A DNA stretch of 64,000 nt from assembly GCF_036321535.1 (NCBI RefSeq), contig NC_087437.1, positions 30,320,001-30,384,000 of the forward strand, given 5' to 3'. This document shows positions 25,001-35,407 of this stretch, in pieces; within the stretch, counting starts at the first letter, position 1, and the number at the start of each line of letters is the position of its first letter. The position numbers were made by a program, and so were the translations under genes. The notes below the pieces were generated by a model that was not told where the DNA came from, ran no database searches, and saw only the letters and a list, made by a program, of their open reading frames with translations. The stretch is from Camelus dromedarius. Lineage: Eukaryota.

Positions 25001-28000
25001 TTTATCATTTTATTCATTTTTAGCCCTCTTTTTTGGTATTTGTTTCTTCCTTATGATATTTTTCTTTTATCTATATTATTGATCATTTTTATTTTTTTAC
25101 TTGAGTATTTGATTTATTTTTTCTTATTTATTAATGAAACATTTTAAGGCCGTGGATTTTCCTGAGTACATCTTTGGATTCATTATATGTATTACACAGA
25201 TTTTTAACAACATCTTTTTCTTTTTACATTGTGGTTTTGTAGTCCTTTTTGACCCAAGAATTATTTATAATTATTTGACCCAAGAATTGTTACTTAGAAA
25301 ATACTTTTAGAATTTCCAAATGTTAGGTATTCATTTTAATTTTATTCTAATTTCCTAATTTATTTCCAATTTTATCATGCTATGACCAAAAAAATCTGGT
25401 CTCTACCATTTCCATATGGCAAAATTTGTTCCTTTCATGCCTAATATATAGGTAATTTATGTAAATGTCTCATGAGACTTTGAAAAGAAGATATATTCTC
25501 TTTTAAAGTGGCATAGAGTAAAATAAATATTTATATTACTCAGAACTTGGTCTTTATATTTTTGCTTTCTTTTTCTTGGTCTGTGAAAAATTGAGATAAG
25601 TGTTTTAAAGTTCTTTGTTTCTCATTATATTTTATGCTGTTATTTATTTATTTTATATACCCCAGTTAGACTTTCTTCTATTCTTCTCTCTCTTAATAAA
25701 TGGTAAGACTACAAACCCATTTAAACCAAAAATCAAAAGAATTTCCTCATCCAATTCAACAATAAGTCTTATTAACTGTACCTCTACACAAATGTCAAAT
25801 CCATTCACTTCCACACTTTCCACTAATAATCCTGGTCTAAGTCAGTTATCTCTTGCCTGGATTACTGAGATCAACTCTCAAGTGATCTCCTGATTCCATT
25901 CTTGATTCTCACATAGAAGTTAGAATGAACTCCCTTGCTTAAATGAATGAGCTCCCCTGCTTAAAACCTCCCAACAGACTTCCATTCCAACCCCACTTGG
26001 AGTAAATCCACACTCTTAACTCTGCTCATAAAGTGTATAGATTTGGCTTGAGCCTGTCTTGTGGTGTCTTTATCCTTCCCTTTCCCCCGTATCCTCCAAC
26101 CACACTGGCCATCTCTTTTGGACAGGACGAGATTATTCACATATTAGAGTGTGCTAACGAGTCCCACTTCCTGGAATGCTCCTCTTCCAGTTTTATGCAT
26201 GGTGACTTCCTTCTTGTTATTCAGATCTTAGCTGATATAGCAATGTCTCAGCAATCTCTGATCTGATAGACACTTGTTATTATATCACCCTTCTTTACTT
26301 CACTCTATAGCACTCACTATTGATCATTTCATTTTGGGGTATTTATTTATTACTATATTTCTGCGTTCCATTAGAAGCTTTTTGAGAGCAGATATATTGC
26401 TCAGTTACAGAGAAGTGCCAGTACATGGTATATAGCTAAATTTGTGGAGTGTATGATGAGCTATGATGATAACTCTCCACCTTAATGTTTTTTGTCTTGA
26501 ATTCAAGTTTGTCTGATTTTTGTATGAGGACATTTGCTTCTGTATGATGGAATAACAGAGATGGGGATTTATCTCCCACATTGCACAACTAGAAAACCGT
26601 ACAAAATATATGAAGCAATAGTTTTCAGACATTGAGCAACAGACAACATAGGGCAATTATTTGTAAGAGAAGGAAAACCAATTAGTTGAAACCTATGAGT
26701 GCTCCAGCTTAGAGCAAGTTTCTGGACATCGTTAAAAAGAAGACAAACCCAGAGCCTGGAAGACTTGCCATGTTGAAGAGTTTGAAGTTCAGGAATCCAA
26801 GATGAATAGAATTTGCAGGGCAGAGTACCAGTAAGGAGACAGCTGAGCAAAGGGAGCTTAGGAGATCTGCTGAAAGGTCCCCTGAAGTTATTGGCTCAGC
26901 ATTGATCTGGGCTCATGTGTAAGGAAACAGTCCAAGATTGAGGGAAGACCCACTGGAAAGGAATAAGCAGAACAATCCTCAAAGTGCACAGAGGGCCAAG
27001 CATAGTCTGTGCTCCCACCAGCCAGAGTAGAAAGGCCTCCTTATACACAGGGTGTTTGTCAGTCCTCATAAAAGCATTGCCGCAGTAGTGGGGCCAAATT
27101 GCCTCTGGACTATAGACTGTCCAGACCTGCTTTAACAAACCTTAAAAACAAAGTTTCAAAGGATCAAGTTGTTTCTAAGTAACTTGCAGAGTTCCAAAAC
27201 CAGGAGAGGGAAAAATCAATAGAAACAGACTCCAAAATGACACAAATTATAAAATTATATAAGAGCAGTAAAACAGATATTTAAAAAATTTCCCATATGT
27301 TTAAGAAGGTAGAGAAAGGCATGAGCATGATTCCTACTCATTTTCTGTTTGATTTTGTTTGGACCATTTTTTTTTCTTCAAACTTTCTGAAACATATAAT
27401 TTCAGTATCTTCTTTGTGGATTACACATAGTTGATTTTTTTTTTGAATGAGAATTATTCTTTTTTAAAGATGACTATTTCACTTGTAACTATTATTAAAC
27501 AGGCATATTTGGTTTCACATCCTTCATCTTATTTTTGTTTCGTTTTTAATATTATGCTATATAATCTATGTTTTGTTTTTATATACCCTTATGACTACAT
27601 CATTGACACTTTCAACCCCTATCCCAAAACCACACACATCTCTTTAAGTAATCTGCAAGATATAGATTCTCTAATGTTTTCCATTAGTGGTTGCTTTTTA
27701 CAAATTTAAGCACGTCTCTCCATTACAAACTTGAGTGTAAAGATATATTTCTTGTTCCTTACCATGAAAGTTAAAGAAATTAAAGCAATTTTATCACCCT
27801 GCATTCACCAGTAGTCATTTATTTAGTCCCTTGACTTGCCCATTTGTGAACTTTTTTATTTTAATGCATTTTTTGTGGCTACAGTACACCTTCAAACAAT
27901 TTTTTTTATACCAAACACATATGGGCTTGTGAATCATGTATTCAAGCCTATTTTTCTAAACTGACATGTGAAAAACTAGATTGAATAATTAATTTTTGGT

Positions 28001-28600
28001 TCACAATTTTATATTGAATACTTGTTAATAATACTGTTCTATTGCTTTCTCTTATCCAGAATTTCTGAAAGTGAAGTCTAATATAACTTATTTATCTTTG
28101 TAGTGATCTGCTTCTTCTACCTGCACAAAGAATGGGTTTTTTTTAATCACTGAAGATTAATAACTCACCAACACAATCTCTCTCTTTCTCTATTTCTCTT
28201 TCCTTCTCTCTCATGGGCAGTGAAACTTTCTAAATTAAGGACTATGTTAATTCATTAAAATACTTTAATGCTAATATTTCTTTGAATTTTTTTTTCTGTT
28301 CTGTTTTTCAGAAGATCAAGTATCCATATAGTGGGTTCTAATGTTTATTTTATAATTCTCATTAAAAAATTTTTTTTCTTGTTATTTTTTAAAATTAAGT
28401 TATCAACTGATTCTATTTTCTAGATAAGTCCTGGTTTAAAATTCATTATGTTTTATAAAAGCATTAATTTGCTCCATTATTTCTTTCCTTAGTGTTATTA
28501 TGTTTAGTTGCTGAATCTTTTATATCAAATTTTAAAAACATTTTGTATCCAAAAAAATTCCACATTGTCTTCAATTTTCTTAATAATGAAATACCTGTAC
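22030..28600. mobile_element. Mosaic of highly decayed ancient L1 (L1M-type) with nested L2 and an L1M 5'-end fragment (~26530-27330)
   Basis: Very T-rich sequence with L1 antisense remnants such as 'ggaagaattgacattt', 'tttgacccaagaattattt' and 'ctttgaaaagaagatatattct'. No intact ORF. Confidence 0.6.
24289..24312. repeat. (GT)n microsatellite
   Basis: About 12 GT units. Confidence 0.9.
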
Positions 28601-29546
28601 AGTCTAAACTTACCTCCCATAGAAGGGAGTACTGTATTCATTTTAGCCACTTTTCTTTTGCTGCAGCAGTTTTTCTTTTATATTTGGAGCCTTTCTGCTC
28701 GTAATGATAACAGTGGCCACTACCCTTACTGCACTACTCTGACTACCATACTTCATGTGACCACTACCAGTGCAGCTACTCCTGCCAATGCTACCGCCAA
28801 AAGTTAATCCTTTTTTATTATTGTTATTCCTTTCCAGGCCCTGTATCACTCTTAAATCCTATCAGAAAACAGAATCCAATTCAGAAGATTCGAGAAACTT
28901 TCATGTAAGTAGTCCTTACAGACTTGTGATAGGGATTAAGGGACAGATAAAGGATGTTGAGGAATTGGTGGGGAATGCTTACCAGTTCATAGACCTGAAG
29001 AGGTAAGAGGTAGAAACAATGTTACTGGACAACTAAGCTGGCAGGCCAAAGGGAAAATAACCAGCAGAGTCATGTGCTGAATGTCTTGAAAATATTATGT
29101 CTTTTCATCCCCACAACAAAATATGACTGTTACCTGAATTGCATATATGAGGATACAAAGCATTTTATAACTCGTCCCAGGACACAAAGCTAAGATGTTG
29201 CAGAATTAAGCTGCTTAACCACCTCTCTAACTTCAAAATCTGTACTCCTACCTCTTGCAATAATAACTTGTTCATCAAATCTTTATTGAGCACCTTTTAT
29301 GCCAGGTGCTGCCAGAGGTACTGGCCTTAGAAGAATGAACAAAATCAATATGATCCTTCTCCTCATGCAACTTCCTTACCTTTGACTAGGGGCCGATCTA
29401 CGTGTTTCTGCTGTTTTCCCTAAAATAGGGTGGGAGACATCTCCTTGACTCCCTTCAGATCTTCCTCTTTACAAACAAGATGGAGGTTTTTTGGTATATA
29501 TTGTCATTCATTTCCCTGAGGACCAAAGGAAGGGAAGTGGGGATGT

Positions 29547-29746
29547 NNNNNNNNNNNNNNNNNNNNNNNNNNNNNNNNNNNNNNNNNNNNNNNNNNNNNN
29601 NNNNNNNNNNNNNNNNNNNNNNNNNNNNNNNNNNNNNNNNNNNNNNNNNNNNNNNNNNNNNNNNNNNNNNNNNNNNNNNNNNNNNNNNNNNNNNNNNNNN
29701 NNNNNNNNNNNNNNNNNNNNNNNNNNNNNNNNNNNNNNNNNNNNNN
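29547..29746. other. Assembly gap (exactly 200 N)
   Basis: Run of 200 N. The round number suggests a placeholder gap of unknown size. Confidence 0.99.
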
Positions 29747-30121
29747 CTGGCTGGTCTAAGAATTAAATTGACATGAGACAGATTAACAGAAGAAAAATCA
29801 AAGTTTAATAATATGTACACATGGGAGAGATCCAAGAAAACAGTAACTCACCAAAATAGCAGAAACCTGCACCTTAAATACCATCTTCAGCTAAAGGCAA
29901 AAGAGGATGTTGCGGATAGTGGTTTGGGACCACAAAGGGATGGAAGGCAATTCACATGAAGATGGAAAAGCAAATGTTTGGTAAGCAATTGCTTGCTGTG
30001 CTGTGCAGAGACAGTGGACACAGTAGACTCTGACCTCTAGGCTCTATTGAATTTCCTCCATTGAACCTGGCCCATGATCTTTGAAGATACCTCTGGTGAT
30101 AGCTGTATTCCAGGAACAAAC

Positions 30122-33100
30122 TTTTTTTTTTTTTTTTACTTTTTTTTTTATCGAGTAATAGTTATTTTACAATGTTGTGTCAAATTCTAGTGTAGAGCAC
30201 AATTTTTCAGTCATACACGAACATGTATATATTCATTGTCAAATTTTTTTTCACTATGAGCTACCACAAGATCTTGTATATATTTCCCTGTGCTATACAG
30301 TATAATCTTGTTTATCTATTCTGCATTTTAAAATCCCAGTCTGTCCCTTCCCACCCCCCACCCCCTTAGCAACCACAAGTTTGTATTCTATGTCTATGAG
30401 TCTGTTTCTGTTTTGTATTTATGTTTTGTTTTGTTTTGTTTTAGATTCCTCATATGAGCGATCTCATACGGTATTTGTCTTTCTCTTTCTGGCTTACTTG
30501 ACTTAGAATGACATTCTCCAGGAACATCCATGTTGCTGCAAATGGCATTATGTTGTCGGGTTTTGTGGCTGAATTGTATTCTATCATATAAATATATCAC
30601 ATCTTCTTTATTCAGTCTTCTGTTGATGGACATCTAGGCTGCTTCCATGTCTTGGCTATTGTAAATAGTGCTGCTATGAACATTGGGGTGCAGGTGTCAT
30701 TTTGAAGTAGGGTTCCTTCTGGATATATGCCCAGGAGCGGGATTCCTGGGTCATATGGTAAGTCTATTCCTAGTCTTTTGAGGAATCTCCATACTGTTTT
30801 CCACAGTGGCTTTCCTTGCTTCTTAATGATTTAGATGTCTTCTTTTACAATTTTGTGTTTATTCTTTTTGTAATTCATGGCAGTTATCTCCTTTCCAGTT
30901 ATAAGTTTCTCATTTTTGTAGCATTCTGCTTCTTTTCTATTTAGAGTAGACCTGTGAATATTTCTTTTAGCATGAGTTTAGTGTTTCTAAACTCTTTTAG
31001 TTTTTGCTTGTCTGTGAAGTTCTTTCTCTCTCTTTCTATTCTAAAGGCTAGCCTTGCTGGATAGAGTATCCTAGGCTACATCTTTTTTTCATTCAGGACT
31101 TTGAATATATCTTGCCACTCCCTTCTGGCCTGTAGTGTTTGTGTAGAGAAATCTTGTTGCCTTTAGGATCATTTCTTTATCCTTGACTCTGGCCATCTTG
31201 ATTATGATATGTCTTGGTGTGGGTCTGTTTGGGTTCTTTCTGTTTGGGACCCTCTGAGCCTCCTGTACTTGGATATCTGATTCTTTCTTTAGGTTTGGGA
31301 AGTTTTCAGTCATGATTTCTTCAATACCTTTTCAATCCCCTTTGTTCTTTCTTCCCCTTCTGGAACCCCTATTATGCGTAGATTGGCACGCTTTATATTA
31401 TCCCATAGGTCCCTTATATTGTTTCATTGTTTTTTATTTGTTTTTCTCTCAGCTGTTCTGATTGGGTGCTTTCTGTTGTCCTGTCTTCTAGGTCACTTAT
31501 TCGTTCCTCTGCATTATCTAGCCTGCTTTGTACAGCCTTTAGGTCAGCTCTCATCTCAGCAAATGAGTTTACTAATTCTACTTGGTTCTTTAAAGCTTCT
31601 ATTTCATTTTTGATATATTTTATATCTTTAAACACTATTTCTTTTAGTTCCTTCAGTACTTTGATCACTCCTTTTTTGAAATCTTGATCTAGTAGGCCAT
31701 CAATGTCTATTTCCTTGATCGTGCTTTCAGGGGATTTCTCTTGATCTTTTAATTGGGAGTGGTTCCTCTGCTTCTTCATATTGCTCGTATCTCTCTGGCA
31801 CTGTGGCTTAAGGAGTATCAGTTATCTAGTTCTCCTGGAGACAGTGTGCTCTTAATGATTTTATCGAGAGGTCTTTGTGTCTTCGCCCTTTTCGCGAACT
31901 CAGCTTGCTGTTTCCAGAGGCCCTCTGTTGGCGCCCTCATCTGTGCTGCTCCCAGTGGCTGTCGGCTAGCAGATTGTGCCCCCTCCTAACACTGGGTCAG
32001 GAGCTGAGCTCTTACCCAGTGGGTGAGTGGGTCACTCCTCTTCCCGATGCCACAGTCAGATGCTGTGCTTCAGGGGGAGGCAGGTGGGTGGATCGCACCC
32101 CCTCCCAGCACCGTGGTCAGGTGCTGCATTCCTGCCAGGAAGAGGGGTGGCCGCCCACCCTCTCCCAGTGCCGGTTACTCCACTGCTCTATGCAGCTGTC
32201 CACTCCGACTCGGGTCGGCACTCCGAAGGCAGGCTCAGGGAATACCGCAGAATGTCCCCGCCCCTGCTCCGTGCCAAATCTCAGCTCCTTGTTTGTCTTG
32301 GTGGCACAAGTTCTCTGAGGTGCCAGGGCAGAAAGATCCTATCTGCCTTGGGCTGTAAACAAGTCTCAGTCCTGCCTAGGAGGTTGTGGAGCTCCCCGGG
32401 GCAGATTCAGGGCTTGGCCCCACCCCTGCCCAGGCACTGCGCACAGGAGGAGATGGGGGCTGTGCCTGAGCCCTGCCTCTCTTCTTGAGAGAAGTGCCAG
32501 TAATGGCGGTGCAGGTCTGAGGAGACAAAGGCTACAGCACCCCTCCCCCCAGGGCATACCAGCCGTGTTGCTTTGCTCTTTTCGCAATTTATGGGGAACG
32601 GAGGTTGTTCTGCTCCGTATCCCCTCCCAACCACAGCACACAGCCCCCTGCAGTCCCCCCGGGGCTGACTCAGTGCAGCCGCCCCAGTCCTCCGCCTGGC
32701 TCAGGCGGCCTGTCCCGGCTCCAGCTGCTGGCTCGCATCTCAGGCTGGGTGTTGAGGGGACCCTTTGTGCCTGTTTAACTCAGTTCTATCAGCCAAGGGG
32801 TGCTCAGTGCAGATCTGAGCCTCGGAGGTTCCCCTTCCGTTCCACTGGCCTCTCTGTTGGAGGTGGGGGACCCAGCGAACAAGCGCCAGTCCTCCTTTGC
32901 TGCTCCCTCCCCACGGGACCAGTCCACACTGTTTTGCTTTATCTTCTTTGTTTTTTCCTTTTCTCCTACCAGATTTTTGGCGTTTTTGTCTTTCGAAGAA
33001 GGCAATGTTCTGTTGGAGTTTGGCAGGTGCTCTGGTTGGCTGAGTAGGTCCGTAGATGTGAGTTTTGGTGTATTTGTGGGAGAGGGTGAGCTACAAGCAT

Positions 33101-33132
33101 CCTTCTACTCTGCCATCTTGCTTCTCTCTTCC
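30122..33132 (-). mobile_element. Internally deleted LINE-1 (~3.0 kb): full 5' UTR, frameshifted ORF1, ORF2 C-terminal stub, 3' UTR and poly(A)
   Basis: 5' end 'ggaagagagaagcaagatggcagagtag'; GC/CpG-rich 5' UTR 31780-33132; poly(T) at 30122-30150; 12-bp TSD ccaggaacaaac at 30110-30121 and 33133-33144. Confidence 0.95.
30941..31779 (-). pseudogene. Disrupted L1 ORF1p
   Basis: MKKQRNHSQLKDQEKSPE...SRLDNAEERISDLEDR and MTENFPNLKKESDIQVQEAQRVPNRKNPNRPTPRHIIIKM are L1 ORF1p motifs. Frameshift near 31420, short deletion near 31153, TAA at 30941-30943. Confidence 0.9.
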
Positions 33133-34863
33133 CCAGGAACAAACATTTTTTTAAGCAGTTGAGGGGAAGTCAAAGTTTCTTCCTGAGCCTTTTGGGCCTT
33201 AATTGTTTTTAGCTCAAAATAATATAATCTTCATGCCAAAGAGACATTTTGGGGTGGCAAGTTTTGCTCTCCTGCACTATCAGAGTGTAGAGGACACATC
33301 AGAAATGCCTTTCTAAAGTTACTGCAAAGAACAGGGATTCTCAGAAGTAGTATGAGCACATTTTCTATTTTGCCCCTCCAGCCAGACCACCTTGAACCAT
33401 ATTTGAGTCATCATAACTGTGTGAATACATATAAATATAGTCCTAATACATCATTTTTCTTGATTATGAGTTTAATTTATATAAAGATTTTCCTTCATAA
33501 TACTTTTGGGTCACACAAACAAAATCTATTTGCCCTATGTAGTTTCCGATCTCTAGATTTTAGTCTAACACCTCTGGGTTTACAAATACACGTTTTTGTT
33601 GTGAGTCACCACAAAGCATATGGGAAGCAAGTGGAGTTTAATTAAAATAAATAAAATTGCATGCTTGTAATCATCAACCTGCAAGAAATTAGAATATTGA
33701 TGGCTCAGCTGTGATGAAATTAGGGAGAACCATAAAATTAGTCACAACACCCTGTCTGAAAATGTTTCTCTCTATTTAAAACAGCAATGAAATCAACCCA
33801 AAGAAGAAACACATCGATCAACCAACCATTCCGCAACCTACACCCTCCATCTTCAAACTTATTTTTTTCCTAAAGGAAAAAATCACAGAAATTCTATCTG
33901 GGTTTTGTTTTAAGTCCCAAATCCTTTATATGAGTGTCTTATCTTGTTAGTGAAGATAAAACTCATACTTAATTAGAATTTATCAGACAGCTGTTATATG
34001 TGGCCCTCCCTGAGTTATTTTTAAGAGATCAAAATAGGACTCACATCTGACATCCCACAATAGTTACTGAGACTGTAGCTGAAATGCTGATTTGGGCAGC
34101 TGACTTTGTACTGCTTACCTTGCAAAGCAGGGTCTGGAAACAGTTCTGATTTAACCTCATTGTACCAACCACTGTAAACTCCTTCCGTGAGTAGGATAAT
34201 AATTGCCACTGTAATTGTTGCCCTAAAAGTGGAATAACTACAACGCAGCCATTAGAAAATAATATATGATTGTCTTAAGTGTATGCATGTGTGCTGACAA
34301 ATTTAAGGAGATAGCTGAAGCTAAGCAGTGTCTATTTTTCAGTGAGTGTAAGGATACATGTAAGAGTCTATTAAGATGGTAATATGACCCCTGTTGCACA
34401 AAAGTGCTTAACAGTGATTATTAATATGCAGTCTTCATAACATCTGAGCAGACAACACATGGGAACACTGGCACCATCCTTTAGCTTAGCATTGCCCTTG
34501 AATTATTATCTGGAGAGCTGTGTGTGTGTTTTTTTTTTTTTTTTCAGTCAGTCTTGTATTACAATTATTTATACCTAGTTCTCATCTCAACTAGAGTCTT
34601 CTGAAGTCAGGAACTGTATTTTATAAAATCTCTAGACTCAATATAGAGCCTAATTCATGCCATGCACAGACAGACAAATCTGCTTAAGATCTATTTGGAT
34701 TTCATTTTACAGTTAGTATACAAAAATTCGCCTTTGCTCACTGAGTTGGAATGTCATAGTTAAAAAATAATACTTATAAATGACAGTAGTCAAAGGAGGC
34801 ACATTACTCAAAGCTAACTATCTCTGGGTCCCCAAAAGGCTCTTTGTAAAGTAGGAATTTAAA

Positions 34864-34933
34864 AATATATATATATATAATATATACATACATATATATA
34901 CATATATTATATATGTATATACGTATATATATA
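34864..34933. repeat. Imperfect (TA)n-rich microsatellite
   Basis: atatatatatatataatatatacatacatatatatacatatattatatatgtatatacgtatatatata. Confidence 0.9.
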
Positions 34934-35348
34934 CTTGAACCAGAAATTTTAACAACCTTTATTTCAGTATTCTGTCAACTGCTCCAGAATTGTTGGCATT
35001 GTTACCTAGTATAAAGAACACAGAACTAAACACATTTCAATAGAATCTTAATTCACTGCAATTTCCAAAGAGATACATTAGAATGGATTTTGTACTGTCA
35101 GATGCCTCCATAAAAATCTATGCAAATTAAATAACAGAATGCAGACTTGGATATAGTCTGATTTTTCAAGAAGTAGAAATACTTTCAATTGAACTCTCTC
35201 ACCTAGTGAGCTGATTTTAACTTGTTGATCATATTTCAAATAGAAAGTTAAGATTCATCTAGGAGTAATGATAACACTTTTATTGCGGTAAGTAGATTGA
35301 ATCAGACAATGCAGTATAATTTGTAACAAGTTCTTATGTTTTCTATAG

Positions 35349-35407
35349 GTGGATAAGCGGAGCAGCTGTAGTCAATGCATTTTATTCTTCAGGCAGAAAT
35401 CAGATAG
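35349..35407 (+). CDS. MME: Neprilysin internal coding exon (59 bp; equivalent to human exon ~17)
   Basis: ttctatag|G TGG ATA AGC GGA GCA GCT GTA GTC AAT GCA TTT TAT TCT TCA GGC AGA AAT CAG ATA G|gtaagg encodes WISGAAVVNAFYSSGRNQI, containing the M13 VNAFY substrate-binding motif. Confidence 0.97.

Larger units (their letters stand above)
29747..33276 (-). mobile_element. ERV1-class LTR (MER41-like), split by an L1 into 29747-30121 and 33133-33276 and truncated by the gap
   Basis: 'ggtctaagaattaaattgacatgagacagattaacag' and 'cagc/tagctcaaaataat...catgccaaagagacattttggggtggc...ctcctgca' style strings. The two halves rejoin across the L1 TSD. Confidence 0.7.

Noticed and set aside
29455..29835. 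ORFs spanning the N run
   Set aside because: Artefacts of translating Ns.
31753..33162. Cluster of 75-160 aa ORFs on both strands and CpG-island-like composition
   Set aside because: All lie in the GC-rich L1 5' UTR, where stops are rare. No recognisable protein, and not a host gene promoter.
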